64,000 nt of DNA from Candidatus Binatia bacterium (GTDB taxonomy: Bacteria; Desulfobacterota; Binatia; Bin18), in contig OY761159.2 of the NCBI GenBank assembly GCA_963664395.2, positions 4,544,001-4,608,000 on the forward strand, written 5' to 3'. Within the stretch, counting starts at the first letter, position 1. Each line of letters begins with the position of its first letter. The position numbers and the translations under genes were made by a program. Below, in pieces: positions 56,585 through 64,000 of the stretch. The notes below the pieces were generated by a model. That model was not told the origin of the DNA. It saw nothing but the letters and a program-made list of their open reading frames with translations, and did no database searches.

Positions 56585-57694
56585 CTATGCGGCAGCCGAA
56601 CGCAGACTCTTTTGCACTTCCGTCTGAAGTACGGGCATGACTTTTTTGGCGAACAAATCCTGCGTTTTCAGCGCCCGGTCCTTGGCAATACCGCCATAAT
56701 GACTAATCACAATCAGTTCGTCGAACCGAAACTCTTTCCACAGCGCGAGCAGTTGTTTGCCCACGCTGTCCGGCGACCCGACAAAAACGATGCCGGCCTC
56801 GACGAGTTCCTCATACGAGAGAGTACGCAAGTTTGGGAAATCGTCTGCGGCATAAAAGGCATAGCCGGCATCTATCAGACGCTGTTTTTCTGCCGGTGTG
56901 TTTCGGGCCAGTGAGTCCATGGGCGACACATTGAAATCAATAAAATTGCGGACCGGCTGTTCAGCCTCACGCCGAGCCGTGTGTTCATCCTCATCAATAT
57001 AGATGGCCTTGACCCAACCGAGATGCGAAGGTTTCCCAGCCGCTTGACACGCCTGCTGATACAGTCTGGCCGGCTCACGAAACACTGAGGTCGGAGCCGG
57101 ACCACCAATACACACGCCCCAGTCTCTTTGGGCAGCCATGGTGAACCACTTGGCGCTTGTGCCGACTTGGAAAATCTTGGGATGCGGTTTTTGGTACGGT
57201 TTGGGCACAACCGACAAATCTTTGACCTGATAATACTTGCCGTCGTACGAGAAGCGCTCTTCGGTCCAGGCCTTGATCAGAATATCGAGCGCCTCAACAT
57301 AGCGCTCTTGGTTCTCTTCCAGCACGATGTTGGCCGGCTCATTCAGCCAGGCGTGCCCGCGGCCTACCCCGCACTCAATCCGGCCCTTGGTCAGAATATC
57401 CGCTTCCGCGATCTCGCCGGCCAGAATCATGGGATTATGCAGCGGGAGCGTATGGCACAGCGTGCGGAATCGAATCTGGGAAGTCCGCTCGGCCAGGGTG
57501 CAATACAGGGCCAGCGGGTTGGGGTTAATGGCGAACTGTTCAAAGAACGGGTGTTCGAGCGTCGTGAAAACGGAGAAGCCGTTCCGGTCGGCATGAATGC
57601 CGAGGGCGATCACGTCTTCGATCAACTGGGCGTGGTCTCTACCGGGGGGGCATTGAAATTCAACATAGGTTCCGAAGCGTAAGGGGCGTGACAT
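56585..57694 (-). CDS. LLM-class flavin-dependent oxidoreductase
   Basis: LRFGTY, TLEHPF, AGEIAEADILTKGR, PKPYQKPHP, FAKKVMP; start at MSRPLRFG (57694). Confidence 0.92.
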   Translation of the reverse strand: MSRPLRFGTYVEFQCPPGRDHAQLIEDVIALGIHADRNGFSVFTTLEHPFFEQFAINPNPLALYCTLAERTSQIRFRTLCHTLPLHNPMILAGEIAEADILTKGRIECGVGRGHAWLNEPANIVLEENQERYVEALDILIKAWTEERFSYDGKYYQVKDLSVVPKPYQKPHPKIFQVGTSAKWFTMAAQRDWGVCIGGPAPTSVFREPARLYQQACQAAGKPSHLGWVKAIYIDEDEHTARREAEQPVRNFIDFNVSPMDSLARNTPAEKQRLIDAGYAFYAADDFPNLRTLSYEELVEAGIVFVGSPDSVGKQLLALWKEFRFDELIVISHYGGIAKDRALKTQDLFAKKVMPVLQTEVQKSLRSAAA

Positions 57695-57848
57695 GCAGCT
57701 ATCCTTCTTTTGACGACTGTCCTGTATTGTCACATATAGACCGGTTCTGACAAGGCCGTGACGCTCACGCGGAAGCGCCGAGATCGACACAGCAGGTGGT
57801 CTTGGGTAGGCTACGCGATAGTAGAACCCAAAGGGAGGAATACGCAGC

Positions 57849-58544
57849 ATGATAGATCTGTATACTTGGCCAACGCCAAATGGGCATAAGGTTCATATTT
57901 TTCTGGAAGAGACGGATCTGGAGTACAACGTTATTCCAGTTAATATTCTCACCGGAGATCAATTCGATCCCGAGTTCCTGAAGATCAGCCCGAACAATAA
58001 AATGCCGGCGATGGTAGACCGGGACGGACCGGACGGAAAGCCGTATGCCGTGTTTGAATCCGGAGCCATGCTGCTCTACCTGGCGGAGAAAACGGGCCGG
58101 TTCATGCCGACTGGCATGGCAGACCGCTATACGGTTATCCAATGGCTGATGTTTCAGATGGGCGGGATTGGCCCCATGCTGGGACAGGCACATCACTTCC
58201 GGTTATATGCACCAGAAAAGATCGAGTATGCCTTTAATCGGTATACGAATGAAGCCAGCCGCTTGTACCGCGTGGTGGATACCCGTTTGGCAGATGCCGA
58301 GTATTTGGCCGGCGACTACTCGATTGCCGATATGGCGACCTACCCCTGGCTGCGTTACCACGAAAATCAAGGCCAGAAGCTGGAAGACTATCCGCACCTC
58401 AAGCGCTGGTACGACGCCCTCAGCGAACGGCCGGCGGTCCAGAAAGGGCTCGCCGTGCTCCAAGAAGAGAGCCGCTCTCCACAGCAGATGGACCGGCAGG
58501 CCAAGACGCTGCTTTTCGGCGCCGGTCAGTATGAGAAACGCTAA
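57849..58544 (+). CDS. Glutathione S-transferase, Nu class (YfcG/YghU-like)
   Basis: MIDLYTWPTPNGHK, ISPNNKMPA, FESGAMLLYLAEK, WLMFQMGG.GPMLGQ, YSIADMA. Confidence 0.95.
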   Translation: MIDLYTWPTPNGHKVHIFLEETDLEYNVIPVNILTGDQFDPEFLKISPNNKMPAMVDRDGPDGKPYAVFESGAMLLYLAEKTGRFMPTGMADRYTVIQWLMFQMGGIGPMLGQAHHFRLYAPEKIEYAFNRYTNEASRLYRVVDTRLADAEYLAGDYSIADMATYPWLRYHENQGQKLEDYPHLKRWYDALSERPAVQKGLAVLQEESRSPQQMDRQAKTLLFGAGQYEKR

Positions 58545-58590
58545 ATTCTTGTCTCCCACCCCTCCTGAGAAGAGAATGAAGCAACGTCAC

Positions 58591-58632
58591 TTCCCCTCCA
58601 AAGAGGGATGCTACGTAGCGGTGGGGTGGGTT
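58591..58632. repeat. REP-like palindromic element related to 17538-17600
   Basis: ttcccctccaaagaggg...gcggtggggtgggtt. Confidence 0.45.
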
Positions 58633-58688
58633 GCAGCCCGGACCCACAGGCCAGATGAGAGCAGCGGAATTCTAAAGAACAGGTCCAT

Positions 58689-59585
58689 ATGACTTGGCTA
58701 CTCTTTATTGACGAGAGCGGACACGATCACAGAACTACGCCTTATGAGGTTCGAGGCGGGATCGCGATTCACGTTAGTTCGCTCTGGCCCTTCGTGCAGG
58801 CTATGCGACGGCTGGAGTTGGATTGTTTCGGCTGCCAGTTGCACGAATACAAAAAAGAGATCAAGGGCTCTACGTTGCTCAGCAAAAAACGTTATAGATT
58901 TGCCGGACAGGGCGAGTTATTACCTGATGGGGACAGGCGCAAGCTCTGCCGGTCCTTCCTCACCAAAGGCGATAAGACCAAGAACCGCACACCCAGCAGA
59001 GATGAGTTCACCGCCTATGGTCAAGCCTGTCTCTTAATGGCGCAAGAGACCGTTAAGCTCCTCCAAGAGCATGAAGCCATATTGCTGGCTTCCGCTATAC
59101 CGCAAAGTGTCGCCAAGCCGCCCGCCTATCAGTTCGATGACTACCTGAGAAAGGATATTGTTTTCCTGCTTGAGAGATTTTTCTATCTCCTGGAGGAAAA
59201 GGGTGAACATGGTGTCATTGTCATGGACGAAACCGAGAAACACCAAGACCGAAGATTGGTCACCAGAATGGAAAGCTACTTCACGAAAACCAACGAAGGC
59301 CAGTCCAGGACGGAATGGATCGTACCAACTCCGTTTTTCGTCTCGTCCGATATGACCTACGCCATCCAAGCGGCGGATGTGTGCATCTATTGCGTAAACT
59401 GGGGATTTCGCCTTCCCCAGCGTGGAATGGACGCCGAGCGTCGCAATGAAATCGTTAAGATGTTCGGAGCCGACTTGGCGAATCTTCAGTTTCGCGGTAC
59501 GCCAAGGGAGAGAGATAGGCATACCTTCGAGCCTTACGGAATCGTCTACGTCCCCGATCCATATGAAGCGAGATCGACCCCATAA
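58689..59585 (+). CDS. DUF3800 domain-containing protein (predicted RNase H-like fold)
   Basis: N-terminal LLFIDESG, central LERF...VMDE, C-terminal S......IQAADV. Confidence 0.88.
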   Translation: MTWLLFIDESGHDHRTTPYEVRGGIAIHVSSLWPFVQAMRRLELDCFGCQLHEYKKEIKGSTLLSKKRYRFAGQGELLPDGDRRKLCRSFLTKGDKTKNRTPSRDEFTAYGQACLLMAQETVKLLQEHEAILLASAIPQSVAKPPAYQFDDYLRKDIVFLLERFFYLLEEKGEHGVIVMDETEKHQDRRLVTRMESYFTKTNEGQSRTEWIVPTPFFVSSDMTYAIQAADVCIYCVNWGFRLPQRGMDAERRNEIVKMFGADLANLQFRGTPRERDRHTFEPYGIVYVPDPYEARSTP

Positions 59586-59665
59586 AAAAAGAGGCAAAGC
59601 AGCCGCCACAGCCTCTTACACTTCAAGTGCAGATTCGCGCGGAGCCGAGCCTCCACATCAAAAAA
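59586..59665 (+). ncRNA. Candidate DUF3800-associated structured RNA
   Basis: Immediately after the stop: an A-run, then AAGAGGC (59589-95) able to pair with GCCTCTT (59611-17) or with GCCTC (59649-53), a CACT/AGTG hairpin, and a closing A-run. Confidence 0.45.
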
Positions 59666-59709
59666 TAAGCTTTTGTCGCCAGACCGTCAAGTAGTGCAGC
59701 GCGTCGGAG

Positions 59710-59745
59710 TGAGACGGGTCTTCTCGTCCTCGTCTCATTTTTATT
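59710..59745 (+). terminator. Probable intrinsic terminator
   Basis: TGAGACG...CGTCTCA stem followed by TTTTTATT. Confidence 0.6.
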
Positions 59746-61096
59746 CCTCGTTCCTGCTTGCCATCGATTTCACACGAAACGGTTCAGGCCGCCACTGCCA
59801 ATAGGGCCGGGCTTCGGCTTGATGCCGCACCCCGTGTAAACGTATACGATCCGTCAAATTGAGCAGCAGCGGCATGACATCCGCCCCACGGATATGGCCG
59901 AGTCCGCCACGGATCACCGCCCGTTCGTGAAACGCAGTTACAGGATCAGACAGGACGTTGGGTCCTCCGGCAATCAGAATGGGAACCGCCTCACCCGAAT
60001 GGATGAGCGGCCCGCTGCTCGGTGTGGCATGGTCGCCGGTCACGACAACGAGCAGGTCAGATTGATTTTTGACCTGCGCTACAACCGGCCCGAGCGCGGC
60101 ATCGAGCGCCTCAATGGCGCGCATTTTGCCAACTGGGTCTTTGTGATGCCCAGCCACATCCGGGGCCTTGGAATGCACATGCACGAACTCATACCCCTGG
60201 GCGAAGAGGGAATCTGCCGCCCGCAGTTTCTCTCTGAAGTCCACCGTGGTGTCGGCCGTCCACGGGGTGGAAACCGGCGTCATGCCACACGCTCGGGCGA
60301 TGCCGACATACAGCGGATAATTTTCAATGCTGGCCGCGCGGAGGCCGTTTTGCTCCTGAAACGGGGCCACCTCGGGCCGGACGGCGGCCCACTTGGTCAG
60401 TAAAAAATTGATGGGCACGCTACCGCGCGATTGTCGTTCCCGGTTCAGCGGGTGCTGGCTGAGTTGCTGATACACCCAGCCGAGATAGGCGTTGAGCGCG
60501 GCGGCGGTGCGCTTGGCATTCTGAGGGTGTGGGGATTCCGCTAGAGGTTGAGCCCGCGCCACATAGGCGTTGTTATAGAACGGATCGACATCGGTAATGT
60601 CTCGGCTCGGATGGCCGCGCAGCATCAGTATGGCTTCGCAGCGGCGGCATGGGGTCAACGCAAACTGTATCCCGTGCGTCTCGTACAAGGCGATGGCTTC
60701 ACACAGCCGGGTGCAATCCGCTTCATCTCCCGCTTGAGATTTTTCCCACAATAAGGCGTCTCGACGCACTTTGCCGTCAATCACTGTTGTTTCAGCAAAA
60801 CTTGCCAGCAGCACAACAGACTCAGGCGGCACCTCAATATCCCGGCCCATAGACTCAAACGCTGCCCGGCCAGGGAATTGCTCCAGCCCATAGCCAAACA
60901 GAATAAAGTGCGAGGTGTCGCTCTCCAGGGGAACACCGGGCGCGAGCGGCGTGAGTAAGCCCGTGGTGCCGAGTGTAGCCAGTTGGTCCAGATGCGGTGT
61001 ATGGGCAGCCTCAAGCGGGGTTTTTCCACTCAGGACAAGCTGTGGCCGGTCGGCCAGCCCGTCAAGAATAATGAAAAGGATAGGTAGGGATGGCAT
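59741..61096 (-). CDS. Cofactor-independent phosphoglycerate mutase, archaeal type (ApgM-like; alkaline phosphatase superfamily)
   Basis: ILDGLADRP, TPLEAAHTP.LD, ESDTSH...FGY, H.KAPD.AGH, TGDHATP, HSGEAVP. Confidence 0.88.
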   Translation of the reverse strand: MPSLPILFIILDGLADRPQLVLSGKTPLEAAHTPHLDQLATLGTTGLLTPLAPGVPLESDTSHFILFGYGLEQFPGRAAFESMGRDIEVPPESVVLLASFAETTVIDGKVRRDALLWEKSQAGDEADCTRLCEAIALYETHGIQFALTPCRRCEAILMLRGHPSRDITDVDPFYNNAYVARAQPLAESPHPQNAKRTAAALNAYLGWVYQQLSQHPLNRERQSRGSVPINFLLTKWAAVRPEVAPFQEQNGLRAASIENYPLYVGIARACGMTPVSTPWTADTTVDFREKLRAADSLFAQGYEFVHVHSKAPDVAGHHKDPVGKMRAIEALDAALGPVVAQVKNQSDLLVVVTGDHATPSSGPLIHSGEAVPILIAGGPNVLSDPVTAFHERAVIRGGLGHIRGADVMPLLLNLTDRIRLHGVRHQAEARPYWQWRPEPFRVKSMASRNEE

Positions 61097-61108
61097 GAGC
61101 AGCGCTTC

Positions 61109-61681
61109 TTACGAGGAGGCGTATCGAGCCAGTCGAGCCAGTCGAGCCAGTCGAGTTTGAGCCTCAATCTGCTTCAGGACTTCGCCCACGCCGCGTGGCA
61201 CGAGATGCTCCCAGCCTCGTCCTTGGATTAAGCAGCGACGAACAGCACTGCCGCTTTCTTGTTTGGCCGCGCCGGCATCAAGGACCTCGACCTGCCATCC
61301 TGCCGCTTGGAGGCGGGCGACTTTCTCCCGGCCCCACTCCGAGAATACGCGGATAAACTGCACGGTTTCTTTGGGACAATAATGCGCCCAGCGCTCGGGA
61401 GCGTGAATCGGAAAGGGAACAATGGAGACCCGACTCAGCTCAACCGCTACCTCGACCAAGGCGGCCCGAATCATCCATTGCCGCTCAAAAAAGGTAAAGG
61501 GATTAGCCTCCGGTGTATGCCGCTGGGTATCCGCAGCTTCTGACTGCATTTCGGATGGGTCGGGATTGGTGATGCCGATAATAAGATGCTCACTCCGCCG
61601 GAGCGCCTCCAGAGTGTAGTGCAAATGGCCGGTATGAAAGGGCTGAAAGCGACCATGAACCATGCCGTAGCGCGCGCGCAT
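61109..61681 (-). CDS. Nucleotidyltransferase, NadM-like (HxGH family)
   Basis: GRFQPFHTGH, IIGITN, NPFTFFER..MI, SGSAVR, W..LVP. Confidence 0.88.
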   Translation of the reverse strand: MRARYGMVHGRFQPFHTGHLHYTLEALRRSEHLIIGITNPDPSEMQSEAADTQRHTPEANPFTFFERQWMIRAALVEVAVELSRVSIVPFPIHAPERWAHYCPKETVQFIRVFSEWGREKVARLQAAGWQVEVLDAGAAKQESGSAVRRCLIQGRGWEHLVPRGVGEVLKQIEAQTRLARLARLARYASS

Positions 61682-61716
61682 ATCCGCTGCCTATCCCATG
61701 CGGAGCGCAAGGGCAA

Positions 61717-61795
61717 GAAATGGTGCGTCGCCCTCGGCCTGCGGTGTGAAGATTCCTCCCATTTTGGTAGGGACATACGCGGCGGGATGGGGTAG
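61717..61795 (+). promoter_or_regulatory. Conserved upstream element of surface-protein genes, copy 2
   Basis: gtgaagATTCCTCCCATTTTGGtagggaca...gatggggtag; matches 34789-34868 in the same orientation relative to its gene. Confidence 0.65.
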
Positions 61796-61842
61796 GAAAG
61801 GCTTCGGCCCATTGCCGAATCAGCGCCCCGGACAGGGGACCG

Positions 61843-64000
61843 ATGCAAGAGGAGAGAATAAGAATGCAGAATGAGCCCAGAATCCCCCGGAGGTGTTCGA
61901 TTTTTCCAGGCCGTGCTCCCCAACCACCCCGCCCGTCCCGGCGATGGGGCGCGGGGGCGGCACTCGTCGTGCTGGCCGCCGTGCTGGGGATTGCCACGCC
62001 GGAAGACGCGCAGGCGCAGACGCCCCCGTCGTCCGATATCGAGCGCGATGCGCTGGCAGCACTCTATACTGCGACCGGCGGGGCGAACTGGACGAGCAAT
62101 GATAACTGGCTGGACGACGACACGGAGCTACGTTACTGGCACGGGGTCACAACGAATGATGACGGCGAGGTCACTCAATTGACCCTCAGGGGTAACGAGC
62201 TGAGCGGTTCCCTCCCAGCCAAGTTGGGGAACCTGGTGAACCTCACGCATCTGTATCTCCACCAAAATGCGCTGAGCGGCGCGATTCCGCCGGAGTTGGG
62301 GAACCTGGTGAACCTCACGCATCTGTATCTCTACCAAAATGCGCTGAGCGGCGCGATTCCGCCGGAGTTGGGGAAGCTGGTGAACCTCACGCATCTGCTG
62401 CTCCACCAAAATACCCTGAGCGGCGCGATTCCGCCGGATTTGGGGCTATTGGAGAACCTCACGCATCTGCTGCTCCACCAAAATGCGCTGAGCGGCGCGA
62501 TTCCGCCGGATTTGGGGAAGCTGGTGAACCTCACGTATCTGCTGCTCCGCCAAAATACCCTGAGCGGCGCGATTCCGACGGAGTTGGGAAGCTGGTGAAG
62601 CTCACGCAGCTACACCTTCAGGGCAACAAACTGAGCGGCGCGATTCCGACGGAGTTGGGGCTGAGCAGCCTGCTTGACCTGAAGCTCCACAGCAATGCGG
62701 CCTTGAGCGGGCCGCTCCCCGCCAGCTTTCCGACCGCCATGCCGGACCTCAAGGTACTGAGTGTGCAGAACACCGGAGTGACCATACCGCAGACCACGGC
62801 ATTTACGGATTGGAGCGCCCGCATCACGTCCGGCACCCAAACGAGCGACGGGGTCATCACGCTGGACGCGGCCAACACTCGTCCGAGTGGGCTGTGGGCG
62901 GACAGCACCACGCTGTATGTGGTGGGCGAAGACGGGGGGAAGGTGTACGCCTACACACTGGCCAGCGGCGTGCGAGCTTCCGCCAAGGACATTCCCTTGG
63001 CCGCGGCCAACGCTCGTCCGACTGGGCTGTGGTCGGACGGGACGACGCTCTGGGTGTTGGACTACGATGACAGCAAAATATACGCCTACACGCTGGCCGG
63101 CGGTATGCGGGACACGGCCAAGGATATTGGTCCCGTTCCCGCCGGGTACGGGCTGTGGGGGAGGAAGGACGCGCCCTGCGAGGGCTCCGACGCGACCTGC
63201 TTGCTCTGGCTGGTAAAATATATCTCAGGCCCCATCGACCTCAATGCCTACCGGATATATGAGGATACGAGTGCATCGGTGACATACGGGTCGGCGAATG
63301 CCAGCTTTGACAAGAATTTGCCAACGGGTGACCTGACTGGCATCCAAACCTATGAGCGCGGGCTCTGGTGGAAGGTCCCGGAGCCGGACGATGACCCGTC
63401 CGATGACGTGGCCACCGTATGGATTTCGGACTTCTTTGACGCCGGTCTGTACGCGTACAGCGCGAACCCGAGGGTAGAAAACGAAGCTGACATTGTGTCC
63501 GCAGCCACGCAGGATCGCATCCTGGCGCCCGCCAACCTGAGCCCGACGGCGTTCTGGTCGGACGGGACAACGTGGTGGGTGGCGGACTTCCACGCGGGGA
63601 AGGTCTTTGTCTACGGGTCCAGCGCGTCGACAGGCACCGATACGGGTACGGACACCGATACGGACACCGATACGGACACCGATACGGACACCGATACGGA
63701 CACCGATACGGACACCGATACGGACACCGATACGGCACCGATACGGACACCGATACGGACGGACACCGATACGGACACCGATACGGACACCCGCACCACG
63801 GGCGGCGGTTCAGGCGGCGGCGGTTCCAGCCAGGACGACCACGGCAACACGCCGGCGCAGGCGACCGCCGTTCCCCTGGATGTCGCCCGCACATCGAGCA
63901 CGCCGGGGCAGATCAACCCCGCGGCCGACGTGGATTACTTCAGCGCAGACGTGCCCCACGCCGGGGTGTTGGTCGTCGAGACGAGTGGTTCGACCGCCAC
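61843..64000 (+). CDS. Secreted LRR + beta-propeller-like + PPC-like surface protein; frameshift at 62586-62588; runs off the window end
   Basis: Signal peptide ...AQA|Q, cap ERDALAALY.ATGG.NW, plant-type LRRs. The shifted frame continues open with GLW.DG.TLWV repeats, a (TD)n linker, and DDHGNTPAQA...GQIN...DVDYF as in the 47312 protein. Confidence 0.85.
62200..62660 (+). repeat. 72-bp tandem repeats encoding 24-aa LRRs
   Basis: CTGAGCGG recurs at 62200, 62272, 62344, 62416, 62488, 62560, then 62631 (71-bp step). Confidence 0.95.
63648..63791 (+). repeat. 12-bp minisatellite (ACGGACACCGAT) x ~12 encoding a Thr-Asp linker
   Basis: Seven perfect units at 63648-63731, then units with a -1 and a +4 irregularity (net in frame). 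Confidence 0.95.

Noticed and set aside
63648-63791. Possible CRISPR array
   Set aside because: 12-bp head-to-tail units with no spacers, inside an open reading frame; no cas genes in the window

Overview
GC-rich bacterial chromosomal window with about 50 CDSs. I found no rRNA, tRNA, CRISPR array, transposase, integrase or reverse transcriptase. Most genes are catabolic, acting on organic nitrogen and C1 compounds: a complete N-methylglutamate methylamine pathway (mgsABC, a sarcosine-oxidase-like tetramer, gmaS/glnT; 6762-16305), an N,N-dimethylformamidase-like pair with two tandem 2OG-Fe(II) dioxygenases, a formamidase, amidases, LLM monooxygenases, a Rieske oxygenase and an MHPCO-like flavoprotein. 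Between them sit modular secreted proteins (FN3, cadherin-like, SwmB-like, PPC-like, Calx-beta, plant-type LRR). Three of these plus one relic share a Cys-containing ~135-aa domain (ENP..QSG.G..SGWVC...CGD.DNGFGLL.N.N.LG.G.H) that I cannot name, and two share an ~80-bp upstream element. All three large surface-protein genes carry a frameshift at a simple repeat. Small accessory inserts are a Septu-like ATPase+HNH pair, a frameshifted ParA-like ATPase with an unknown partner, an orphan RHH antitoxin, and a DUF3800 gene followed by a candidate structured RNA. The eukaryote-like domain content (LRR, FN3, cadherin, SET, LRAT) suggests a host-associated organism, possibly a sponge symbiont; this is inference only. 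All family calls come from motif recognition by eye, not database searches.
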